The notes under the pieces were generated by a model that was given only the letters and a program-made list of their open reading frames with translations, ran no database searches and had not been told where the DNA came from. The position numbers were made by a program, and so were the translations under genes. Shown here one piece after another: positions 30,624 to 40,964 of a stretch of 64,000 nucleotides of DNA (its first letter is position 1; each line of letters starts with the position of its first letter). Origin of the DNA: Planctomycetota bacterium (GTDB lineage Bacteria; Planctomycetota; GCA-002687715; DRQF01); NCBI GenBank assembly GCA_036479435.1, contig JAZGFI010000243.1, forward strand, positions 32,001 to 96,000. Reading direction: 5' to 3'.

Positions 30624-31721
30624 ATGAAAACCCGTTTTCGATGTATCATTTTTTTGCTGACCGTCTCTGTGGGCCCGCTTTGGGCCCAAGGAGGCGACGA
30701 AAAGCCCGTTTCGGGCAAGAAGTTGGACCCCAGGGTCCTGAATAACGCTAGCACGCCCTTAGAGGCGAGGTTTCCGGACGGCCTCGGCCCCTTGCGCCGA
30801 GAGAACGTGGAACTCGTCCGCGACGGCATTGCCGCCCTCAACTTTCAGCGTTTCGTTGCCGATCGACCTGGAGAAATGAGCGCTGAAATTTCGCTCATCC
30901 CCATTGGCAAGCGCAAGGACTTCCGTACCAATCCCCGCCGCCGCTTGAGAGCTATGGCGGACCTGATGGGACAAGACAAGAAGTCTCGCAACCGCAGCGA
31001 AGCCTGGTTTTGGCACCGCGGATTCCCCGCACTGCGAATTCGATTCCAGGTCGCGACGGTTTCCCCGAAAAAGAGTGATTCGAAGCCCGATTCCGTGAGC
31101 CACCACCGAGTGGACTTGATTCACTACCCTCAAGGCGTTGCCTTTCTCCAGGTCATCACGAGTATCGCTGACGGCCAAGACCGCGGGGATGTCGCGTCGT
31201 TTTTCGCAAAACACCGACACCGGAGCGCCAAAGCACCCGCGGATTTCGTCTTTGAGTCTCCGGGGGCCAGATTGAATTATTGCGCGGAAACGACTTTTGA
31301 CGCACTGGATGGAATCCTTCGACTGGGCGGCAAGCAAGGTCGCTGGGGGCTTGCGGTCACCGAGTTTGAGACGCGATCGACTCTGAGCCCACTTGAGGAA
31401 CTGGCCACCATCCTCGCCGAGGCCATTGCAAGCCGAGGAGCCCTCAAAGTCATCAAAGGCCCAGAATGTGTGGATCCTGGCCCCAAAGGCGTCACTCGGC
31501 ACCGCCTTGACTACTTAGAACCTCAAGCCGGCGGCCCCCCAATCCACCGGGTCTTCATCTATCTTCAGTGCAACAAAACCCGCACTTTGCTGTCGGCGTT
31601 CTCGCCGACGATGATAGTTGAGAGAACTGGGCGGCGACCTTACTACCGACTGGCGCCGGGTTTGGTCGTACCTCTTGGTACCTTTGAGCGCTTAAATGCG
31701 ACGCCAAAAGAGGATGGCTGA
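30624..31721 (+). CDS. Secreted hypothetical protein
   Basis: Signal peptide MKTRFR...PLWA|Q; long ORF in a + strand run. Confidence 0.6.
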   Translation: MKTRFRCIIFLLTVSVGPLWAQGGDEKPVSGKKLDPRVLNNASTPLEARFPDGLGPLRRENVELVRDGIAALNFQRFVADRPGEMSAEISLIPIGKRKDFRTNPRRRLRAMADLMGQDKKSRNRSEAWFWHRGFPALRIRFQVATVSPKKSDSKPDSVSHHRVDLIHYPQGVAFLQVITSIADGQDRGDVASFFAKHRHRSAKAPADFVFESPGARLNYCAETTFDALDGILRLGGKQGRWGLAVTEFETRSTLSPLEELATILAEAIASRGALKVIKGPECVDPGPKGVTRHRLDYLEPQAGGPPIHRVFIYLQCNKTRTLLSAFSPTMIVERTGRRPYYRLAPGLVVPLGTFERLNATPKEDG

Positions 31722-31802
31722 TTTTTTGATCGAGAGTCTTCTTTTGATCGAATCGACAACGGCGCTCTATGATTCAATGGTAGCCGTCCAAAGGACCACA
31801 GA

Positions 31803-33179
31803 ATGCTTAGTGTCAACGTAGAATCCGAGTTCGATACGGAACTCCTCGAGGAGGCCATTGAACTCCTCGTTCGTGCCGTCGCAGGCTCGCCAGACAATCT
31901 TAGGTATCACCGCGTACTCGGTGAGGCCTACATGGCCCAACGCAAATGGCAGCTCGCGCTCGATCAAATGTTGGTGGTCCACGACCGCGAACGAGACAAA
32001 CGATCCGCCTATCTCATCGCCCACGCCTATTACCGTCTCGATAGCCGAGAATCGGCCGCCAAGTATCTTGAAATCGCCGGCGCCGACGACAGTCTGGGAT
32101 TCACCAAACTCCACTTGTTGCGGGGGCGAATCCTCCATGACGATGGTCGTTTTGGCGATGCCGTCAACGAGTTCGGCAAGTCGCTGATCATGAAGCCCGA
32201 TGCCCCCGAGCCGCGATGGCTCATGGCGCGGTCTTTGGTCAATCACGCCCAAGAAATTGACGACAGCGTCAGCCTTTACCGCCGTGCCCTCAAATTGCTG
32301 ACGAGCATCGAGCCGCGCAAAGAAAACGAAGACGAGTGGAATGCCCTGATTGGCCGCGTTTACCTCGCGCTGCTGTACCCCGTCGAAGCGCTGCGTCATT
32401 TGGAAAATTCCCGGTTCGGCTCCGAGCACGAAAAACTGCTGCTGATGGGAGTTGCCTACTTGTTGAAGGGAAATCTTCGCGACTCGCGCAAATGGCTCGC
32501 GATGTCCGTACGCGATCCTCGTATGCGCGCCCGTTGTGAGGCCTACCTCACCGAGATCGCCTGCGCACCAGAAGGCACATTGAGCGCCATGGACCCAGCC
32601 CACAGCCCGGGAGTAGCGGCGCGTTTTCCCGACGTAGATTTATTGGTGGGCGTGTTCGGGCCAGGCTCAGAAGAGATCGACCGCATTCTCGAGGCCGCGC
32701 GAAGCGGTCGCAGCGAAGAGATGATCCGCACCCAGATCGAGCAAGCCGGTGCCGTCGAAACGGGACGCTTGTTTGCGGCCTTCGACGCGCTAGATGACGA
32801 CACCCGTCCCGACGATCCGGCCGTTGCCGCGAGGCCAGCCTTGGGTCCCGACGAAGAGGCGACCATTTTGTCCGACGCGGAAGGCCAAACGATCGCGGCT
32901 CGCCGCGATCCGAAGGCAGCCGATCGACTCTTCCCGCAGACTTGGGTCGACGTCGGCGACATCCTCGAACACGGGCCAGAATTGGCGCCACGCAACACAC
33001 CTGCAGATTCCGGGGCAAAAGCTCTTGCAGCCGGATCCATCTCAAGAACAGCACCCATGGCCTTGCAAGATCCACCTGAGCCCGAAACAAAAGCCACTGA
33101 CAACTCGGAAGCCGGCTTCCCAGAACTCGACAATGACGATTTCCTCTTTGACGAGGATGATTCGGGAGAAAACAAATGA
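31803..33179 (+). CDS. Tetratricopeptide-repeat protein with acidic C-terminus
   Basis: Repeated helical LGxAY and RGRIL...PDAPE motifs; Asp/Glu-rich tail. Confidence 0.75.
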   Translation: MLSVNVESEFDTELLEEAIELLVRAVAGSPDNLRYHRVLGEAYMAQRKWQLALDQMLVVHDRERDKRSAYLIAHAYYRLDSRESAAKYLEIAGADDSLGFTKLHLLRGRILHDDGRFGDAVNEFGKSLIMKPDAPEPRWLMARSLVNHAQEIDDSVSLYRRALKLLTSIEPRKENEDEWNALIGRVYLALLYPVEALRHLENSRFGSEHEKLLLMGVAYLLKGNLRDSRKWLAMSVRDPRMRARCEAYLTEIACAPEGTLSAMDPAHSPGVAARFPDVDLLVGVFGPGSEEIDRILEAARSGRSEEMIRTQIEQAGAVETGRLFAAFDALDDDTRPDDPAVAARPALGPDEEATILSDAEGQTIAARRDPKAADRLFPQTWVDVGDILEHGPELAPRNTPADSGAKALAAGSISRTAPMALQDPPEPETKATDNSEAGFPELDNDDFLFDEDDSGENK

Positions 33180-33928
33180 GCGCTGCCGCCTTTGATCGCG
33201 TCGCGGCGTTGGCCATCGAAGATTGCCGTCGCTTGATCACCCAGGGTCGCTTCAAAGAGGCCCGCAACATCCTCACTGAAGTCCTCAACCAAGTCGGCGG
33301 CCAAAGAAAGTCGCTGACTCCACGGCGTAGCGCCGAGCTTTGGTACCACTACGGTGAGGTGCAAGATGCCCTCGGCGACGCGCCCAAGGCGCGAGATGCC
33401 TGGCAAAAAGCCATGAAGGCGGACATCAGCTACAAGCGCGCCCTGTTGCGCATGGTGGAGAGCCGGATTTACTCAGACTTGCCGGTGCGTGCCGAAGATC
33501 TCGACGCGATGGTCGACTACGGCTCCCTTGGCCGGGACAAGAAAACCAAACGCCGCGTCCACGAGCTTCTGAGAGAGCGCCTCCGAATTCGGCTGACGGA
33601 CGACCCTAAGGGCCTCAACGACCGCGTTGAGCTGCTCGAAAGGATTCACCGCGAGAGCCCCGCCATCAACTATCCCAAGCAGTATTTGGGGCGCGCCGCC
33701 TACATGCGCAAAGATTATCGCGGTGCCATCGAGTTTTTGGCTTCGGTCGTCGACCGTGCGGCCGAATCCTCCAGCATTCTCAACATCATCGGACGCTGCC
33801 ATGAAAAGCTCGGCGAGCTAAGTCGAGCCGCTTCGGCCTACGAAAAATCATTGGGCCAGCGAGAAGAGCAGCCGGGGATCTTATTCCGTCTCGGCCGCCT
33901 CAAACTTCGCCTCGCGCAGCTGACTTAG
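33176..33928 (+). CDS. Tetratricopeptide-repeat protein
   Basis: WYHYGEV, YLGRAAY, IGRCHEKLGE...AYEKSL; ATGA overlap with the upstream gene. Confidence 0.75.
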   Translation: MSAAAFDRVAALAIEDCRRLITQGRFKEARNILTEVLNQVGGQRKSLTPRRSAELWYHYGEVQDALGDAPKARDAWQKAMKADISYKRALLRMVESRIYSDLPVRAEDLDAMVDYGSLGRDKKTKRRVHELLRERLRIRLTDDPKGLNDRVELLERIHRESPAINYPKQYLGRAAYMRKDYRGAIEFLASVVDRAAESSSILNIIGRCHEKLGELSRAASAYEKSLGQREEQPGILFRLGRLKLRLAQLT

Positions 33929-34003
33929 TCTTTAAGTTCGCGAAGCGGGAATCAGCGGGCAACCCGACTTTCCATGGTAGGGGCCAGGGGCTATAGTCCC
34001 GGC

Positions 34004-35308
34004 ATGCCAAAGGGGAGACCGACCAGTGATGGGCCCAGCGAAGAAGAGCTGCGGCGACAAATAACCGAGCACCAGCTCCGGTACTGGGAGCTCTTCGAGT
34101 GGGGACGCCAAAAAGTCACCAAGGCGCTCATGTGGGGCGCGGTCTTTTTGATCTTCTACCTCTTCAGAGCTTTCTTCCCGCTGCTCTTTTTGACCTTCGT
34201 GTTCTCCTTCATCACCCAAAGCCTCTGCAAGCTTTTGGGTCGCTACTTTCCGCAGATCCCCTGGAAGGCACGTGTCATCGCGGTCTTCATGCTGTTCTTC
34301 GTCCTGATGACCATCATGATCGCGTTGCTAGTACCTCGCGTCACGGCGGGCTATTACGAAGTGAAGGACACCATCCGCGAATTCCCCACGATCTGGAAAG
34401 ACAAAGTCGATCCCTGGCTATACGAGAAGTTTCCGCCCTACAAACAACTGGTGACCGAAAGTAAAGTCGTCACCTTGGACGTCGAGATGACCGATGTCAC
34501 CGGCGAAGTGCTGCTTGATGAAAAGCGTCAGCCCCGAACCGAAAAACGATCGGTTACCCAGCGCGAGCGCAACCACCTTTTTCAGGTACGAAAAGTCCGG
34601 GAGTTATTGGCGGACCTCGAAGGCGGTGCCACGGTCAAGAAATTACCCGGCTGGATTACCGACGTGGTGTCGAGCCTCATGGCAGTATTGACCTTGTTGT
34701 TTTTGGCGACGCTTTTCAGTTTTTTGATCGTGTTCGATCTCGACAACCTCCGCCGGGAACTTCGCAAGCTCGAATCGACACGGCTTGACAACGTCTACGC
34801 CGAAGTCGGACGAGATCTCGTCAAGTTTGGCTCCGTGCTCGGCAAAGTCTTGGAAGCACAGGCCGTCATCGCGATGGTCAATTCCCTGCTCACCGCGCTT
34901 GGTCTTTGGATCCTCGGCGTTCCCAATGTGGGGATCTTGAGCTTGATCGTTTTTGTCTGCGGCTTTATCCCCGTGGCCGGTGTCTTTATCTCCTCGGGGC
35001 CGATTTGTTTGGTCGGTTTGTATTCCCACGGCTTGCCGATGCTGGGCATCTTGGTCGCTTTCATCACCGCCATTCACTTTCTTGAGGCCTACGTCCTGAA
35101 CCCTCGGATCATGGGCGCGGCCCTTCGAATCAATCCCGTTCTCGTCCTCATCATCTTGGTTATCGGCCACCACGCGCTCGGCGTGTGGGGTCTCTTGCTC
35201 GGCCTGCCCATCTGCTACTACTTCTTCACGCATGTGATCAAACGAGAAGAACGAGAGATCGGATTGCGGGTGAAATTCAATCGAAGCCCCGCCACCGGTT
35301 CCCGGTGA
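34004..35308 (+). CDS. AI-2E family transporter
   Basis: Multiple TMs; GFIPVAG, EAYVLNPRIMG, GVWGLLLGLP. Confidence 0.88.
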   Translation: MPKGRPTSDGPSEEELRRQITEHQLRYWELFEWGRQKVTKALMWGAVFLIFYLFRAFFPLLFLTFVFSFITQSLCKLLGRYFPQIPWKARVIAVFMLFFVLMTIMIALLVPRVTAGYYEVKDTIREFPTIWKDKVDPWLYEKFPPYKQLVTESKVVTLDVEMTDVTGEVLLDEKRQPRTEKRSVTQRERNHLFQVRKVRELLADLEGGATVKKLPGWITDVVSSLMAVLTLLFLATLFSFLIVFDLDNLRRELRKLESTRLDNVYAEVGRDLVKFGSVLGKVLEAQAVIAMVNSLLTALGLWILGVPNVGILSLIVFVCGFIPVAGVFISSGPICLVGLYSHGLPMLGILVAFITAIHFLEAYVLNPRIMGAALRINPVLVLIILVIGHHALGVWGLLLGLPICYYFFTHVIKREEREIGLRVKFNRSPATGSR

Positions 35309-37302
35309 TGGGCACAGACCACGCCGTCGACTCTTCGAGCGAAGCCACGCTCTTGCGATTGGGCACCGAGGACGACGACCGATTAGAGGCTCTTCGCTCA
35401 AAACTTGAAGCTTCGGGCGCCGAGCTCGCGAAGCGAATCGCCAAGAAAGTGGCCTCTAGCCGGCGGTTCATGACGGCGCGCGTCTTGAGTTTTTCGATTG
35501 CGGTCTTGTTCTTCTTCGTCACCGCTTCGACGGGCAAAGAGTTTTGGGCCTATGCCGTCATGTTGCCCGCCTTATTGATGTTCATCGGGCTCGTCGTGCG
35601 CCACGGCCCGGTCAAAAAAGACCTGGCGCGCTTGCGCCGCCTCGCCCGGCTCGTTGCCGACAAAACCGCACGACTCGACTCAGAAGACCGTGGGGCACCG
35701 GCCGAAGACAAGCTGGAATCCGTGGCCAAGGGAATCTTGAGTCCCACCGCGCCAACTTGCCCATCCTGGGAGCTTCCCGCTCACGTCTTAGAGGACCTGG
35801 GTATCTTCGAAGGTCGCACGCGACTATTTGCCCTCGTCGACACCGCCCCAAGTCGTTTGGGGCGCTTGGTCCTGGCCGATTGGCTGCGTCATCCCTCACT
35901 CGATGCCAACGAAATCCGGCAGCGGCAATTAGCCGTCGAGATCCTCGGCCAAGACGAGCTGCTTCGGGAAAAGCTCGAGCAAGACTTAGCCGAGATCAGA
36001 GGCCTCCCAAGTGCCGCGCAACTGGAGTTTTTGAGTCAGCATCCTTTGGATCCCGGGGGCAATCCCGGTCCGATCAAAGTAGGCATCGCGTCGTTCTTGG
36101 CTGTCGGCGGCTTCGTGGCCGGACAGCTATTGTCATTTTGGCCGCTCACACTCCTGGGCCTTGTTGCGGTCATCATCGGTCATCGCCTGTTTCGCGAAGG
36201 ACTCCAAAAAACCGCCGAGATCAGAGAGGGTCTAACGGAGCTTTCCGGCGTTTGGCAGGTGGTGTTGACCGCGAGATCTCGCTTGGGTGAGTACCTTCAG
36301 CAACAGCCCGAAGCCACATCTTTGAAGTCGATCCAACAGCGCCTCGATGACTTCTGTCATCCCGCCGGTTCTTCTTTGGAATCACTGCCAAAACAGCTCA
36401 AGAGACTGCGCTGGCTCGGCCTGTATCGAGCTGGCCTCGTCTACGTCTTCTTCAACTTCCTCACGTTCTACGATCTGTTCTTCCTTTTTCCCTTGGCGGC
36501 GTTTTTCCGAGAGCATCGCGCGCGCGCTCAAGCGGCGATTCGCGCGCTCGGCGAACTTGAAGCCTTGATTTCAATGGCCAATCTTCGGCAAGAACAGCGT
36601 GGATACCGAGAACCCGTGATTCTTGAGCGCGAAACACCGAAGTTGGAAATCGATGATGGCTTGCATCCCTACCTGTCTTCAGGTGCCGCCGTCGGCAACA
36701 GTGTATCGCTCCACTCAAAGGGACCGTTGCTCATCATCACCGGCTCTAACATGGCCGGAAAATCGACTTTTTTGAAAATGGTCGGCCTCAACTCTATCCT
36801 CGCTCAGATCGGAGCCTCGACGCGCGCGACTTCAGCTCACATGACGCCACTTTCACTCTCTAGTGACATCAACGTTCGCGATTCACTCGACGACGGCCAG
36901 AGCTACTTCGCGGTCGAGGTGGACCGCATTCGAGAGATGATCGAGCAAGTAGCCGACGAGCCATTCTCGCTGCTGCTCTTGGACGAGATGTTTCGGGGCA
37001 CAAACACCCACGAGAAGGTCGCCGCGGGCATCGAAGTAACCCGACACTTAGCGGCGACGGGTGCTCTGTCGCTCGTCGCGACGCACGATCACGAATTCAC
37101 CGAACTCGAACTTGCCGAGCCCGCCTTGGGCATCCGCAATTTTCATTTCAACGAAGACTTGGAAGACGGAGGCATGGTGTTCCACTATCACTTGAACCGC
37201 GGCCCCGCCGTAAGCCGCAATGCCATCCGCGTTCTGGAAGCCAAGGGCTTCCCCCGCGACCTCGTTCAACGCGCCCTGGAAAGGTCTCTTCGCCATGACT
37301 GA
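35308..37302 (+). CDS. Membrane-bound MutS-related ATPase (MutS domain V)
   Basis: TM pairs; [34 protein letters not shown]; no mismatch-binding domain I. Confidence 0.88.
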   Translation: MGTDHAVDSSSEATLLRLGTEDDDRLEALRSKLEASGAELAKRIAKKVASSRRFMTARVLSFSIAVLFFFVTASTGKEFWAYAVMLPALLMFIGLVVRHGPVKKDLARLRRLARLVADKTARLDSEDRGAPAEDKLESVAKGILSPTAPTCPSWELPAHVLEDLGIFEGRTRLFALVDTAPSRLGRLVLADWLRHPSLDANEIRQRQLAVEILGQDELLREKLEQDLAEIRGLPSAAQLEFLSQHPLDPGGNPGPIKVGIASFLAVGGFVAGQLLSFWPLTLLGLVAVIIGHRLFREGLQKTAEIREGLTELSGVWQVVLTARSRLGEYLQQQPEATSLKSIQQRLDDFCHPAGSSLESLPKQLKRLRWLGLYRAGLVYVFFNFLTFYDLFFLFPLAAFFREHRARAQAAIRALGELEALISMANLRQEQRGYREPVILERETPKLEIDDGLHPYLSSGAAVGNSVSLHSKGPLLIITGSNMAGKSTFLKMVGLNSILAQIGASTRATSAHMTPLSLSSDINVRDSLDDGQSYFAVEVDRIREMIEQVADEPFSLLLLDEMFRGTNTHEKVAAGIEVTRHLAATGALSLVATHDHEFTELELAEPALGIRNFHFNEDLEDGGMVFHYHLNRGPAVSRNAIRVLEAKGFPRDLVQRALERSLRHD

Positions 37303-38281
37303 CGATTCTCGATGTGTCATCAACAATGTTGAGTTGAAATTGGCGCCTCCGGTGACCATGCGGCAGAACTGGATCGGCCAGGAAACCGTCTTGGAGCAAC
37401 TTCTCGCCTGTTGGCTCGTCATTGACGATTCTGATCGCCCGCTTTCGCCCCGCATCATCGGCCTCCCGGGCATGGGCAAGACGACCCTCGGGATGGCCGC
37501 AGTTGAGCGCCGCGATCAAGAGCTTTACATCTTCCAATGCACCGCCGATACGCGCCCCGAAGACTTGCTGATCACCCCCGTCCTCTCGGAGAAGGGAAAG
37601 ATCAGCTACCACGCCTCGGCTCTCGTCACCGCCATGATTCGCGGTGGCGCCTGCATCTTGGACGAAGGCAACCGCATGAACGAAAAGAGCTGGGCCTCCT
37701 TAGCGCCCTTGCTCGATCATCGCCGCTACGTCGAGTCGATCATTGCCGGCATCACCATCTCAGCGCACGAGGACTTCCGCTGCTGCGTGACGATGAACCA
37801 AGATGAATCGACCTTCGAGATACCCGACTATATCCTGTCGCGCTTGCAGCCCACCTTGGCCATTGACTATCCCAAGCGCAAAGACGAACTCGATATCCTC
37901 AGCTACCACTTGCCCTTCGCCGAAGCCGAGATGCTCGAGCTCACGGTGGACTTTTTGCAGCAGGCCCACGAACTCAGGCTCGACTTTTCGCCCCGTGATG
38001 GCATCAACATGCTGCGCTACGCCCTGAAGCGACTCGCTCAGAATCCCGAGCACCCGCTTTCGCGCGACGAAGCTTGGCGAGAGTCTTTGGTTGCGGTTTT
38101 GGGCGAAGACGCACTCGATCTCGACAACTTGGCCGAAAGCCGTAACCAGGTCCTCGGCACCAGTGCCCTGCCGGCGGGAATCGCAGACTTCTTCTTCGGA
38201 GGCGGAGACCCCCTCCACCCCGATCTCGATGACCTCGACGACGACGACGACGACGATGAAGACGACGAGATGATCCTGTGA
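37295..38281 (+). CDS. MoxR/CbbQ-like AAA+ ATPase
   Basis: Walker A GLPGMGKT, Walker [15 protein letters not shown]; poly-Asp tail. Confidence 0.85.
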   Translation: MTDDSRCVINNVELKLAPPVTMRQNWIGQETVLEQLLACWLVIDDSDRPLSPRIIGLPGMGKTTLGMAAVERRDQELYIFQCTADTRPEDLLITPVLSEKGKISYHASALVTAMIRGGACILDEGNRMNEKSWASLAPLLDHRRYVESIIAGITISAHEDFRCCVTMNQDESTFEIPDYILSRLQPTLAIDYPKRKDELDILSYHLPFAEAEMLELTVDFLQQAHELRLDFSPRDGINMLRYALKRLAQNPEHPLSRDEAWRESLVAVLGEDALDLDNLAESRNQVLGTSALPAGIADFFFGGGDPLHPDLDDLDDDDDDDEDDEMIL

Positions 38282-40164
38282 GTTCCGCTCGTGATCCGCA
38301 TCATGATCGTCCTAACGACAAGGGCGATGCCGCGAAGAGATTCTTCGCCCTGAGCGATCGGGTCACGTGCTTCCCCGTTCTCCACGGTAGTGCCGACTAT
38401 GCCTTGGCGGTGCGCGATGAGGTATTTGCCAATCGCTACGACTGCATCGCCGTGCCCCTGCCCGACAGTTTCCGCGAGGAAGTCATCGAGTCAGTCAAAC
38501 AGCTCCCTGAGGTGCGTGCGGTCGTGCAGTCGTGCGACGACGATGACACGAACTTCTCCTACGTCCCGATCGATCCCGCCCAAGCCGTCATCCGTGCCAT
38601 CAGGATGGCCCTTCAAGAGCGCATCGCGCTTCGCTTCATCGACCTGGAAGTGAGAGACTGGCGCGCGGAGATGAGCGTTCATCCCGACCCCTACGCATTG
38701 AAGTCTCTTTCTCCGATGAAGTTTGCCGCCGCCGTCCTTCCGGCCCTTGAAGCTCCAAAGGCCGAAAGCATGGCGGACAAGCGCGCGCGTCACATGGCTT
38801 TTGAGCTGCACAAACTTGAACTCGACTTCGAGCGCATTCTGTTTTTGCCGTCAATGTTGGATTGGGTTTGGATCAAACGAGCTTTTGACGAGCGCGCGGC
38901 CTTTCCCACTGGCGACGTCAGCTACGCTCCCATCAACAGCTACCCCGTCGACAAGCAGACCCTGTCTTTTTTCTTGGGCGAGCTGCCCTACATCACGCAT
39001 CTCTACGAGCGCTTTCGACACGGCCTGGATGTAGAACAGTCGCTCGGCATCGACGGGGTCAAAGAACTTCTCGTCGAAACCCGAGATCGGCTCTCCAAAC
39101 GCAGCCGGTCCGCGATGTCTCGAGTCACCTTAAAGACCATGCGGATCTATCTGCAATACGTTCGCAACCTCACTTTGCTGAGACGAAGATTGCGACCGGA
39201 TCTCTTCACGCTTATCGAGGCTGCCAAGCAAGTCTTCGGCGACGACTACGCCATCGAACTCATCAAGACGGCTAAGGACTACCCCGAGCAGCCCGATTTC
39301 GACGAAGCTGTCTTGAGAATGGCGCCTGGAATCGCCGACATCCCCGAGGCGGGAATGCGGCCGGTCCACAGCCGTTTACCCGGTGACCTTTTGACTTGGC
39401 GAAACATCGACCTTCACCCCGAACCCGAGCCGCCAGATCAGGCCGAGTGGACGCAGGTTTGGAACCCCCAATCCCAGTGTTCGCATCCACCGGAAGACAT
39501 CCGCATCGAGAGCTTCAACCGTCATGTGCGGGAACAAGCCAAACAGATCCTCACGAGTGAGTTCGCGCACGTCGAGAAGTTTCGATCGTCGGTCAAAGAC
39601 GGTATCGACATCCGGGAGACTCTGCGGAATTGGCACACGGGCGACATCTATGTGCGTGAGCTCCCACCTTCGCGCTCGGACATCGACGTCACCGTATTCT
39701 TGTTTGACGTACCCGCCGAGACCGAGCGCTACCCCTGGCGGAGTACTTGGTTCGCTGAGCACCAAAACGAATCGACCTTGGTGTTTTTTGCCACCAACTT
39801 CATGAGCGACTTGGTGGGACCTGGCATCGCAAAGGCGACCTATGGCGGGGCCTTCTTCATCTATCCGCCGCGCCCCATCGTCGATATCTGGCAAGACCCG
39901 GCTTTTAATGACGCAAAAACACTCGAAGAACGGCTGTTGACCGGTGCCTTCGCTCACGCCAAAGAGCGCCACGTCGCCGTCGTGAGTCCAGGCACCATCA
40001 AAGCGTCATGGAGAAAGCTCGCGCGGCGCTACGGCAAGTCCATCATCCACCTTCCCCTAAACCGATTCTCAACTTCGGTGATCGACCGCCTTCGCACCTT
40101 CCACGTCCTTAACGGCAAAGAAATCCGCAGTTACGCGGCGGACTACATCCGCCGCGTTGAGTGA
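38278..40164 (+). CDS. Hypothetical AAA partner protein (DUF5682/TraB-like N-domain plus degenerate vWA-like region)
   Basis: PVLHGS...[20 protein letters not shown]...VFLFD; GTGA overlap with the AAA gene. Confidence 0.65.
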   Translation: MSSARDPHHDRPNDKGDAAKRFFALSDRVTCFPVLHGSADYALAVRDEVFANRYDCIAVPLPDSFREEVIESVKQLPEVRAVVQSCDDDDTNFSYVPIDPAQAVIRAIRMALQERIALRFIDLEVRDWRAEMSVHPDPYALKSLSPMKFAAAVLPALEAPKAESMADKRARHMAFELHKLELDFERILFLPSMLDWVWIKRAFDERAAFPTGDVSYAPINSYPVDKQTLSFFLGELPYITHLYERFRHGLDVEQSLGIDGVKELLVETRDRLSKRSRSAMSRVTLKTMRIYLQYVRNLTLLRRRLRPDLFTLIEAAKQVFGDDYAIELIKTAKDYPEQPDFDEAVLRMAPGIADIPEAGMRPVHSRLPGDLLTWRNIDLHPEPEPPDQAEWTQVWNPQSQCSHPPEDIRIESFNRHVREQAKQILTSEFAHVEKFRSSVKDGIDIRETLRNWHTGDIYVRELPPSRSDIDVTVFLFDVPAETERYPWRSTWFAEHQNESTLVFFATNFMSDLVGPGIAKATYGGAFFIYPPRPIVDIWQDPAFNDAKTLEERLLTGAFAHAKERHVAVVSPGTIKASWRKLARRYGKSIIHLPLNRFSTSVIDRLRTFHVLNGKEIRSYAADYIRRVE

Positions 40165-40214
40165 AGCAGAACTCGCCGCGCCGCGCCCAAAACGCGACAC
40201 CTCGACATCGTTGC

Positions 40215-40964
40215 TTATCCGAGGTGCTCGGGAATGAAGTGATTGAGCATGCGGTTCCACCAGGGCCAGTCGTGCTTCACATCTTCGCCCCAAAGGTCGA
40301 GGTTGGCGGGGATACCTTTGGCTTCGAGTGCTGCCGCCATTTCTTTGGAGTAGTCAGGGTTTTCGTAGTCGCCCTGACCCGTCACCACCGTGATCTTTGC
40401 TTCGCGGATCTGCGCGAGGATATTTTCATCTTCTATGTTGGGCAGGTATTCAACGGGATTGTTGAAATAGATATTTTCATCGTGATAGCCGTCGCAACAG
40501 GAACGGATGTCGTAGCAGCCCGACATCGAAATCGTTCCGCCGAAAACGTCGGGGTGCTTGAGCAGCGTATTCATCGCGTGAAAAGCGCCAAAACTCGCGC
40601 CGGTCGTCGTGATCTTTTTGTCGATAGGGCAGGCGTGATGAATGTAGGGCACAACCTCTTCGCGTACATAGCGATCGTATCCGACTTGCCTTCGCGCACG
40701 CTCAGCCGGATCGATCTCTTCGTTCAGCCAAGCCGTCTTGTTGACGCTGTCGATCGAGAAGATGCTGATCAATCCGTCCTTGACGAAATGAGCAATTGAG
40801 TCGATGAGCCGAAAGCGCTCGTACTCAAGATAGTCCGCCGCCGCCGTGGGGAAAAATAGGATTGGCGTACCACCTTCACCGTAGTGAACGATCGGCATGT
40901 CCATGTCGAGGTGAGAGCTGGACCAAGAATCCAACGTTCTTTTGAGGTCAGTCGCTTCCGTCAT
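40215..40964 (-). CDS. Esterase / alpha-beta hydrolase
   Basis: GASFG nucleophile elbow; HDWPWW. Confidence 0.85.
   Translation of the reverse strand: MTEATDLKRTLDSWSSSHLDMDMPIVHYGEGGTPILFFPTAAADYLEYERFRLIDSIAHFVKDGLISIFSIDSVNKTAWLNEEIDPAERARRQVGYDRYVREEVVPYIHHACPIDKKITTTGASFGAFHAMNTLLKHPDVFGGTISMSGCYDIRSCCDGYHDENIYFNNPVEYLPNIEDENILAQIREAKITVVTGQGDYENPDYSKEMAAALEAKGIPANLDLWGEDVKHDWPWWNRMLNHFIPEHLG

Noticed and set aside
38232..38268. (GAC)n trinucleotide run
   Set aside because: Encodes the poly-Asp tail of the AAA protein; not an array or CRISPR.
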